Source: a virus
Taxonomy: Duplodnaviria > Caudoviricetes
DNA: 64,000 bases
Direction: 5' to 3' (one strand)
Virus record (IMG/VR): IMGVR_UViG_2687453461_000002
Shown piece by piece: positions 56,669-64,000 of this stretch. The notes beneath the pieces are model-generated. The model was not told the DNA's origin, made no database searches, and worked only from the letters and a program-made list of their open reading frames with translations. The translations under genes were made by a program, and so were the position numbers. Positions within the stretch are counted from its first letter, which is position 1, and every line of letters starts with the position of its first letter.

Positions 56669-57427
56669 ATGAACGACGAACAACGCCATCAGGAATGGAT
56701 CGCTAAGCGCAAAGCTGAAGAAGCCAAGCGCCGTGAGCGTGCCGCGGAGTGCCTGAAGGATCACCAGTACACAGTCCTGGCCGATACCGATCAACTGAAG
56801 GCCTGGCGCTGCAAAGCCCCTGGAACCAACTGCTACGCCTTCGACATCCTCATCACGCGCTTCGGTATCGCTACTGTCGGCGACATCGACGGCTTGACCT
56901 TCAGTGTTGGCCTGTCCTACGGCATCGAGTTTTTGGCCGGTGACGACATCGGCTACTACATCCACTCGAAGCTGGAGCGGAACTGTCGGGAGCGCGAATT
57001 CGACGAGGGTGCCTTCCGCTCCGCCCTGGTGACTGGCGCGTGCAACAGGATATGTGAACACGTCGACCAGGATGAGCGCGGCGAGCTGCCCGAGTGGGTA
57101 CGCAACGATGGCGGCCGTTACGAAGCCGCCCGCTGGAGCGAGCTACGGGAGCTGGTCGAAGAGAAGCTGAAACCGCTTGAGTTTGGCGAGGACGGGTATG
57201 ACTTCTGGGATGAACTGAATGATCGTCTGTACGAGGCCGATCACGTCGAATCCATCGAACAGGCGGGCCTGCTCATGAACGAGCACTACGAAGAGTTGGG
57301 CCTGGGCTGCGACTACTGGGAAATCAGCATCGATAAACCGCGCGACAGCCTGATCAACCGGTTGCATCTAATCAACCATGCCGCCAAGGCGATTGTCGCT
57401 CAGCAGTCCCAAGCGAAAGCCACCTGA
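56669..57427 (+). CDS. hypothetical phage early protein
   Basis: GGAG RBS; 252 aa. Confidence 0.7.
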   Translation: MNDEQRHQEWIAKRKAEEAKRRERAAECLKDHQYTVLADTDQLKAWRCKAPGTNCYAFDILITRFGIATVGDIDGLTFSVGLSYGIEFLAGDDIGYYIHSKLERNCREREFDEGAFRSALVTGACNRICEHVDQDERGELPEWVRNDGGRYEAARWSELRELVEEKLKPLEFGEDGYDFWDELNDRLYEADHVESIEQAGLLMNEHYEELGLGCDYWEISIDKPRDSLINRLHLINHAAKAIVAQQSQAKAT

Positions 57428-57482
57428 CCCTTCCGCGTTGCCCGCCAGCGTATTTCCGTAATCCGAAGATCATAACTTGGCA

Positions 57483-57995
57483 CTATTCTGCCTCCGAGAC
57501 CTTACGCCGCGCGGCAAATTTCGCCCTCCAGTGTTCATAGAATGACTCTACGCAGCGACGTCGACCTAGGTCAATGAGTGCTGCCTCCAACGCCTCAGCC
57601 TTAGGTAATGCTTTTGCCACGTACAGATGAGCATCGTGCGAAGAGCCTTCCTCTAGCAACCAGAAGAGCTCCTTCTGAAGTTCAAACCAACAGTCCTGGA
57701 TCTCCAGAGTGTCGCCCTCTTTGAACAGAATTTGCAGGAATACCATGTCGCGCTCTAGCTCATAGCGTGCAACCGGCCAGTTTTCGGATAGCACCTTCTT
57801 TTCATACGCAGTCAAACCATGAATTTCATATTCGTTGGCCTGGCTTTGTAAAAATCGGACAAGTAGGTTTGCCCGGACGAGAGCTTGACCCGTTTTGTCA
57901 TAGCGCTCAGCCCAAAGCTTTTCATGCTTTGTCTTGAGCACAGCTGAATAAGCTGCAACGGCCGCAGCAATAAGGGTCAGCATCGTTGTAAGCAT
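57483..57995 (-). CDS. hypothetical cargo protein with N-terminal TM
   Basis: GGGAG RBS; 170 aa. Confidence 0.7.
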   Translation of the reverse strand: MLTTMLTLIAAAVAAYSAVLKTKHEKLWAERYDKTGQALVRANLLVRFLQSQANEYEIHGLTAYEKKVLSENWPVARYELERDMVFLQILFKEGDTLEIQDCWFELQKELFWLLEEGSSHDAHLYVAKALPKAEALEAALIDLGRRRCVESFYEHWRAKFAARRKVSEAE

Positions 57996-58097
57996 CAGAA
58001 CTCCCTGGATAGGCTCAGTCTCGAGCCGCTCACATTTACCTCACTTCAACGAATCACGCCAGCCAGGCCAAGGCCATCGGCTGCCCGGAGGAGCCTC

Positions 58098-58482
58098 ATG
58101 AGCACATTCGCAGTCTTCGGCATGACAGCCGGTGTAGCGCTGGCTGAGGCCAGGAAGATCACCAAGACCACCAGGCCAAGCGGAAAGCCTGGCGCCCCCC
58201 CTGGAACGGACACTCGCTGAGTGGAACGAGGCCGTGGAAAAGCAGGCAGCGGCCATATTCGACGGCGAGAAGGTAAAGCAGCTCAGCCAGCTGTTCGATG
58301 CGCCTCAGTACGCGCAGCAGTTCATAGAGCTAGCCAGGAAAGCCGGCCCATGCCGAGATCTGCGGATCAGGGCAAAGGCCGTGCTGACAGATGCCGAGGG
58401 TGAGCCAGTGATCAACCCCAAGACCAAGGCGCCGATGATTGGCTGGGCCGACTGGCATCCATCAACCACGAAAGTCGCATAA
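58098..58482 (+). pseudogene. gene Z copy 2, frameshifted in a C7 tract
   Basis: removing one C at 58195-58201 joins MSTFAVFGMT.. to ORF 58234-58482. Confidence 0.7.
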
Positions 58483-58486
58483 CTCA

Positions 58487-58588
58487 TCACCAAGGCAAGC
58501 CTGCCAGTAGCGACCACAGCCAGACTAGAAGCTCAAACAGAGCCTCTGCCAGTACTTGAATCAGGATCTCTTCAATCAGTCGTTTCAT
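58487..58588 (-). CDS. 33-aa hydrophobic peptide (type I toxin-like)
   Basis: AGAGGAG RBS; MKRLIEEILIQVLAEALFELLVWLWSLLAGLPW. Confidence 0.6.
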   Translation of the reverse strand: MKRLIEEILIQVLAEALFELLVWLWSLLAGLPW

Positions 58589-58744
58589 GCAGACAGCTCC
58601 TCTTTAGATGAGGAAATTGTGCTGATCGAGGCCTGATGATTCCTCTTGGGGTTTTTCCAAGCAGCATCCCGCAACTTCACCGCGCGTCACGACAAATCAC
58701 GAATCAATTACCGCCCGTCAGATAGACGACTCGGAGGCCTCCCC

Positions 58745-59494
58745 ATGCCCACAGAAACCCAACACCTGGAGCAGCGAGTAGCTGCCCTTCAGTCAGATCT
58801 CAACGCCAGGGACCAAGCCCTGGGCGACGCAGAAACAGAGAACAACGAGCGCGAGCTGTCGAGGCGTGACTGGTTCGAGGAGGCGCAGAGGCTGCAAGCT
58901 GAGCTGCATGAATTATCCGGAAAATGGGAGCGCTTCGAAGAGTTCGAACATGGATTGCAAGCCAAGCTGGCCGAGCGGGATGCGCTGCTGCAGCAGGGTC
59001 TGGCAATGATCAATCGCGGCATCGTCAGCTTTGACGACCAGGTCGAGTACAGGCAGAAGCTCACCGCCCTATCCGCCAGCGCAGTGCCGGGCGCCAAGCC
59101 CCAGGCCGAGCCTGTGTACATGGTCCGAACGCATGGCTCGTGCTGCTGGGAAGAAGTCGGCAGTGGGTCACTGGAGGATTTCCAGTCCATGCCGGAGGAG
59201 TACGAGTTGCGCGCTCTCTACACCCGCCCAGCCGAGCAGCCCGAACCTATCAGCTCAACGAGTGACAAGTACAAGGCCGAGCTGTACGACGAGGTTTGGC
59301 AGCTGGCCCGCGACATGGGCTTTGGCAACGTCACCGATGCGCTGATGAAGCTGAACAAGCAGACCGCGCCGGTTGCGGTGGTGCTGCCTGAGCGCATTGA
59401 CGAGTCGATATGTCGAGGGCACTCCCTTACCCTGGCTATCAAGTGGAACCGCTGCCTCGACGAAGTAGCACGTCTCAACCCTCCCCAGCAGTAA
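58745..59494 (+). CDS. mosaic phage early protein
   Basis: GGAGG RBS; MPTE start, ends VVLPER..WNRCLDEVARLN. Confidence 0.7.
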   Translation: MPTETQHLEQRVAALQSDLNARDQALGDAETENNERELSRRDWFEEAQRLQAELHELSGKWERFEEFEHGLQAKLAERDALLQQGLAMINRGIVSFDDQVEYRQKLTALSASAVPGAKPQAEPVYMVRTHGSCCWEEVGSGSLEDFQSMPEEYELRALYTRPAEQPEPISSTSDKYKAELYDEVWQLARDMGFGNVTDALMKLNKQTAPVAVVLPERIDESICRGHSLTLAIKWNRCLDEVARLNPPQQ

Positions 59495-59496
59495 CC

Positions 59497-59727
59497 CTAC
59501 GGCAACTGGCTGTTGATCCAACGCTCAGCTGCAGCAATAGCTTCCTCCAGAGCAGCTTGGTAGCTCTCCCATGGGCCCTGAAGCTCTGCTGCAACATCCC
59601 CAAGGCCCGCAACGTCGCCCACTTGGATGACTCGCGCAGCTGCAGGAGCTTCGTCGTTCGGCCGCTCCCATTCAAACTTGATGAAAACCGTATATCCACG
59701 GTGCTCGTATGCAATCGTAGAATCCAT
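59497..59727 (-). CDS. small hypothetical cargo protein
   Basis: antisense ORF between early genes. Confidence 0.6.
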   Translation of the reverse strand: MDSTIAYEHRGYTVFIKFEWERPNDEAPAAARVIQVGDVAGLGDVAAELQGPWESYQAALEEAIAAAERWINSQLP

Positions 59728-59873
59728 GCTGTGCGGCACATCAGGTCCTTTACTGGAACAAAGTTGAACGGCTTTTTACACCTGTCAGCTTAGCCCGCTC
59801 AATCAAGGCAAGTTGCCACCACCCCCCCACCCCCACATTCAAGTCAGCCGCTATAGCGGCCAAGGACGAAGTC

Positions 59874-60509
59874 ATGCCTGAAATTAAAGAACGGCCGATC
59901 CTGTTCTCGGCGCCGATGGTGCGCGCCATCCTGGAAGGCCGGAAGACGGTCACGCGGCGGCCCATGAAGGTCCAGCCAGTGCTGAAAGGTAAACTTTGGG
60001 AAGTCTATGGCGCGGGATGGGGCGACGGCATAACCAGCGTCCCAGCAGTGCCAGGACATAGCCTTTCCTCAAACTGCCCCTACGGAAAGCCCGGTGACCG
60101 GCTGTGGGTGCGCGAGAGCCTCGGCTATGACTGCGAATACGGTCACTACTTCGCCGCCGGCGGAAAGCATGGCGAAACAGTTTATCTGTGCTCGCTGTTC
60201 GATGATGAGGATGCCCAGACAGGCCCAAGCTATGACGGCCTGCTGCCCGAGCGATCCGTGCCAAGCATCCATCTGCACCGGCGTTACAGCCGCATCCTGC
60301 TGGAGATCACCGCCGTGCGCGTCGAGCGGCTTCAGGAGATCACGCCAAGCCAGTGCATAGCCGAAGGCGCATGGCGAATAGAGGACAAGGCGCTCTGGCG
60401 CGGCCATGAGGCTGTGGCCGCGTTCAAAGACCTCTGGCAATCCACCGGCGGCAACTGGGACGCCAACCCCTGGGTCTGGGTCGTCGAGTTTCGGAGGGTG
60501 CAGCCATGA
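59874..60509 (+). CDS. ASCH/PUA-like phage protein
   Basis: KERPILFSAPMVRAILEGRKTVTRR..GDRLWVRE..NPWVWVVEF. Confidence 0.75.
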   Translation: MPEIKERPILFSAPMVRAILEGRKTVTRRPMKVQPVLKGKLWEVYGAGWGDGITSVPAVPGHSLSSNCPYGKPGDRLWVRESLGYDCEYGHYFAAGGKHGETVYLCSLFDDEDAQTGPSYDGLLPERSVPSIHLHRRYSRILLEITAVRVERLQEITPSQCIAEGAWRIEDKALWRGHEAVAAFKDLWQSTGGNWDANPWVWVVEFRRVQP

Positions 60510-60570
60510 TCCTGCTCGCTCTCCCCGCGGTGCTTTTCATCACCTGGAACATCTACACGGGGCCAAGGCC

Positions 60571-60762
60571 ATGAACAGGTTCTTTCGCAGAAAGGCCGAG
60601 TCGTGGCTGATCAGGTTGGCGGCCTGGATCTTGGCAGGCCGGAACGTCGCCCGCTGCAAGGTCGTATCCCGCCGCGACAATAACGACATGTGGGCAATGG
60701 CTGAGAGCCTGGAGGGGATCGCTGACCGCATCAGCAGCGGCTACAAGGAGCCAAGGCCATGA
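60571..60762 (+). CDS. hypothetical phage protein
   Basis: coupled to the next gene. Confidence 0.55.
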   Translation: MNRFFRRKAESWLIRLAAWILAGRNVARCKVVSRRDNNDMWAMAESLEGIADRISSGYKEPRP

Positions 60763-61163
60763 AAGCTCGCGTCGAGAAGAAGCTAAGCAAGCGCCTGGTA
60801 GGTCTTTACCCAGGGCTTTACGGGAAGGCATGGCGTGATGATGAGCCGTCAGAACTGGCATATGAACAACGTTCGAGTGTACGGCACGTCCTGAGCGTCG
60901 GCGGCGGGTTGGACTACTGGGGCGAAGGCCAGGACGCTTACACCTGCTGGGCCGACTGGGCAATGAACTGGCCGTGGCACGGTCCGTTCGAAGCATATCC
61001 CGAGGGGCACCAGCGCCAGTTCTTCCCGAACACTGAAGGGTTCAAACCGACTACGCGGAACCTTCTGGCGCTGGCCGCTGAATGCGAGCGCCTAAGTCGG
61101 AAAGCCAAGCAGGAGTCCGCCCGGCCCAGGAGCAGTCAGCCAAGGGCAGTAGGCAAGACATAG
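60759..61163 (+). CDS. hypothetical phage protein
   Basis: AAGGAG RBS; 134 aa. Confidence 0.65.
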   Translation: MKARVEKKLSKRLVGLYPGLYGKAWRDDEPSELAYEQRSSVRHVLSVGGGLDYWGEGQDAYTCWADWAMNWPWHGPFEAYPEGHQRQFFPNTEGFKPTTRNLLALAAECERLSRKAKQESARPRSSQPRAVGKT

Positions 61164-61276
61164 ACCGGGCGAACGCCTGAACAATGCCACGGCGCAACGC
61201 CGGCGCCCATAAGCACCATCTGAAACACCCCACTCAACAATCGGAAAGCCTGCAGCTCTGCGGGCAGGAGACACGC

Positions 61277-61432
61277 ATGCCCGACATAAAAGTTCAGTGC
61301 TGCCGCTGCAAGAACAAGCACATGGAAAGCGAGCGGCTAAAGGTGCCGAGCAAGAAGTACGGCTCAGGCGTCAGCGACATGATCTGCCCGCGGTGCCGGT
61401 GCACCACCTACTACCGGCTACAGGCCGAATAA
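61277..61432 (+). CDS. small zinc-ribbon protein
   Basis: AGGAG RBS; CCRC..CPRC. Confidence 0.6.
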   Translation: MPDIKVQCCRCKNKHMESERLKVPSKKYGSGVSDMICPRCRCTTYYRLQAE

Positions 61433-61468
61433 CCACCTTCTGCCGCCAGGCGCGGCATGGAGCATCAC

Positions 61469-61675
61469 ATGACCATCCAGTTTCTATCACACGAGGAGGT
61501 TTGCGAGCTCACCGGCGCGCGGACAAAGGCAGGCCAGATCCTCAACCTGAAAAAGAATGGCGTTCGCCATACGATTAAAGTGAACGGTTGGCCGAGTGTC
61601 ACCGCAATGGCGGTCACCGCCGTCGGCGCGCTTGAATCCGAAAAGCCCGCATGGAAATCACGTAAGGCCAGCTGA
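61469..61675 (+). CDS. xis: excisionase-like protein (DUF4224)
   Basis: FLSHEEVCELTG..Q..L..NG..GWP, directly before int. Confidence 0.8.
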   Translation: MTIQFLSHEEVCELTGARTKAGQILNLKKNGVRHTIKVNGWPSVTAMAVTAVGALESEKPAWKSRKAS

Positions 61676-61676
61676 C

Positions 61677-62708
61677 ATGGGAAGACGACCAAGCAAACCC
61701 GGATCAATCGCCAGGCTGAGAGAACGAAAAAAAGCCAGTGGCCGAGTGTTTTACTACTACGACACGGGCGGCAAGGGCCGCAAGGAAATTCCGCTGGGCA
61801 GCGACTACGGCTTGGCGATCATGGAGTACGCGAAGCTTGAGCGCGATCGCACCGCAACCAATCTGGTCGCCAAGGTCATCACGTTCCGCTACGTCGCGGA
61901 AAAATACATGGTCGATATCGTCCCAACCAAAGGCACAGCCACCCAGGCTGACAACAAGCGCGAGCTGAAAAACCTGATCGCTTTCTTTGACGATCCACCC
62001 GCACCGCTGGAAACAATCGAGCCATTGCACGTTCGCCAGTACCTCACTTGGCGCAAGTCCGCGCCGGTACGGGCAAATCGCGAGAAGGCACTGCTCAGCG
62101 CAATCTGGAATTACGCCCGGGATAAGGGCTACACGTCGCTTGCCAACCCATGCGCGGGCATCAAGGGCAACAAAGAAACCGGCCGGGACACATATGTCGA
62201 AGATGCGCTGTTCAAGCGCGTGCACGACAAGGCGGACGTGGGTCTGCAAGACGCAATGGACCTCGCCTATCTGACCGGGCAAAGGGTGACCGACACCCGG
62301 CTGATGGACGAGCGCGATGTGCGTGACGGTCAGATATGGGTACTGCAAGGCAAGACAAAGGCAAAACGTCGGATTGAAATAACAGGCGAGCTGAAGGTTT
62401 TGATTGATCGAATCATGTCCCGGAAATCAGAACACAAGGTCCGCTCGACGCGGTTGATCGTTACAGATGATGGCACACCGATGACGGTGGCGATGTTGCG
62501 CAGGAGGTTTGACTTGGCAAGGGAAGCAGCCGGCGTGCCGAAAGCGGAGTTTCAGATGCGCGACTTGCGCGCCAAGGCAGGCACAGACAAGGCTGAATCC
62601 AGCGGTGACATCTTGCAAGCCAGAGATCAACTTGGGCATACGACCGTGGTGATGACCGAGCAGTACATCCGCAATCGAAAGGGCAAAAAGGTCATGCCTA
62701 CCAAGTGA
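61677..62708 (+). CDS. int: tyrosine integrase
   Basis: TGQR, K, RDLR, LGH and Y catalytic residues; adjacent to att. Confidence 0.95.
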   Translation: MGRRPSKPGSIARLRERKKASGRVFYYYDTGGKGRKEIPLGSDYGLAIMEYAKLERDRTATNLVAKVITFRYVAEKYMVDIVPTKGTATQADNKRELKNLIAFFDDPPAPLETIEPLHVRQYLTWRKSAPVRANREKALLSAIWNYARDKGYTSLANPCAGIKGNKETGRDTYVEDALFKRVHDKADVGLQDAMDLAYLTGQRVTDTRLMDERDVRDGQIWVLQGKTKAKRRIEITGELKVLIDRIMSRKSEHKVRSTRLIVTDDGTPMTVAMLRRRFDLAREAAGVPKAEFQMRDLRAKAGTDKAESSGDILQARDQLGHTTVVMTEQYIRNRKGKKVMPTK

Positions 62709-62737
62709 ATTGCGGACCAGGCCCAGAATTGCGGACC
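62708..62737 (+). repeat. integrase arm-type repeats
   Basis: AATTGCGGACC at 62708-62718 and 62727-62737; inverted GGTCCGCAAT at 5808-5817 on the other arm. Confidence 0.65.
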
Positions 62738-62790
62738 GGAAAGATACAGGCATTTACACTGGCTTTAGCCCGTAAACCCTTGATTTTAGA

Positions 62791-62877
62791 TGGTGCCCGA
62801 AGCCGGAATCGAACCGGCACGCCCTTACGAGCGGGGGATTTTAAGTCCCATGCGTCTACCAGTTTCGCCATTCGGGC
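62791..62877 (-). tRNA. tRNA-Leu(TAA)
   Basis: GCCCGAA acceptor stem, CTTAAAA anticodon loop, long variable arm, GGTTCGATTCC, CCA end. Confidence 0.97.
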
Positions 62878-63241
62878 GGTAGCGCGATCACGCGGCACTG
62901 GAGTTGTAAATAGGCATCAGCCCGTCCAGTGCTTGAAGCAGGGAGAGGAATATATACATCCAGCCCAGGTGAAGCAAGAACGGAGTCTGCAAAAAAAACG
63001 CTTCTGCGCTCACTAAAACCCAGTGAAAAAGCACGCTAAATCAGGGATCTACAGCATCCGTTCATCTACCGACAACAAGACCGCCATGCAGCTCGGCACC
63101 CGCGTCGGCGGCGGCAAGACTAACATGGCATCCATAGCTAACCAACTGATTTTTAACGACTTATCATCAAGCGGCAGCGCATTTGAAGCGGGCGTCGGGC
63201 AGCGCGGATGAACGCACGGGGCGTGGCTGGGCAATCAAGGG

Positions 63242-63460
63242 TCAGGCCTCGGCCGAAAAACTCAGCGATAACTTGAGCTTGAGCGCTTCGTCCTTGGTTG
63301 CGGTCTGTTCGCGCTCCAGTTGGGTGGAAAATACTTGCTTTACCACTGGCGTATCGCGAACTTCAGCGCCCTTGACTTGCGCAACGCCACGATTGAGTTC
63401 CAACACTTTGGACAGCTGGGCGTAGGTGTAATTACCAGGGCGCGTATTGCCGACGTTCAT
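63242..63460 (-). CDS. hypothetical host protein
   Basis: AAGGA RBS before MNVGNTRP. Confidence 0.5.
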   Translation of the reverse strand: MNVGNTRPGNYTYAQLSKVLELNRGVAQVKGAEVRDTPVVKQVFSTQLEREQTATKDEALKLKLSLSFSAEA

Positions 63461-63736
63461 GAAGGCCGTCCTTGATATCGAATCAATCCACTGGTGCCTG
63501 CGATGGCTGGCAAATGGGATATCCCGGGCACTGCGTCCGATGCGGCGAACAAGGCAGGGGGAGGAAACATGACCTTGGCGCCGATAAAACTCGCCGATTG
63601 ACCAATGGAGTTCGCCCAGTACACATGACCTCGCCATCCATGAACCGGTAAAGAGTCATAGATACCGGGCGAACGGCATAACGCTATGCGTTCTCAATAA
63701 CATGTTCAACTGTCAGCAATCACTGGCTGTGCGGAT

Positions 63737-64000
63737 TCAGCCGGCATGATGGGTGAAACCACCGGCAAAGGCCCTGCGTCCGGCCCGCAGTTCGGTGCGC
63801 AACTCGCCGATCAGATTGGAAATGTCTCGCACGCTGGTGAGTCCCGCGGTGGAAACCCCGGGTAGCAACAGGTCCACTCGCCCCGTTTCGGCATCGTAGA
63901 TCTTGATGGTCAGGGCGCCATTGGCAGCCAGGCTGCAGGCGCAGGAAAGGGGGAGAAAGCCGGACTCCAGTATGTGACAAAGCTCGCTGGTGGAGAGCAT
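63737..64000 (-). CDS. DUF1652-like host protein
   Basis: ELCHILESGFLPLSC..DISNLIGELR. Confidence 0.7.
   Translation of the reverse strand: MLSTSELCHILESGFLPLSCACSLAANGALTIKIYDAETGRVDLLLPGVSTAGLTSVRDISNLIGELRTELRAGRRAFAGGFTHHAG

Larger units (their letters stand above)
5708..62850. mobile_element. lambdoid siphoprophage, ~57 kb, apparently complete
   Basis: bounded by 60-bp direct repeats; int/xis, cI/cro, replication, Q, terminase, portal, capsid, non-contractile tail and lysis genes all present. Confidence 0.95.

Noticed and set aside
1-64000. CRISPR array or IS element
   Set aside because: No regularly spaced repeat-spacer units, transposase motifs or terminal inverted repeats were seen; the recurring intergenic motifs are kilobases apart

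Overview
Pseudomonas-like chromosomal window dominated by an apparently complete ~57 kb lambdoid siphoprophage (about 5708-62850) integrated in the 3' half of a tRNA-Leu(TAA) gene (intact copy 62791-62877 on the minus strand; 60-bp core duplicated at 5708-5767). The phage has integrase/excisionase, a cI/cro switch with 13-bp operators, replication, nin/Q, head, tail and a split lysis module. To its left is a decayed relative from the same site (split integrase, capsid fragment, YejK, DUF2786) that carries an intact low-GC RelA/SpoT-domain gene. The most striking accessory element is a colicin M-like bacteriocin plus a Cys-paired lipoprotein immunity candidate placed between the late promoter pR'/tR' and the holin, with its own promoter and a Fur-box-like site; this parallels the stx1 arrangement in Shiga-toxin phages. 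Other notable observations: a repeated early-region scaffold whose slots hold different antisense cargo genes behind a conserved promoter-like motif; a DUF6338-like gene followed by two paralogous 47-aa Pro-rich peptides missing from the ORF track; a type-I-toxin-like 33-aa peptide; a lipoprotein frameshifted in a poly-G tract; and a ~4 kb moron cluster in the tail operon. All family assignments come from motif recognition by eye; no database searches were run.
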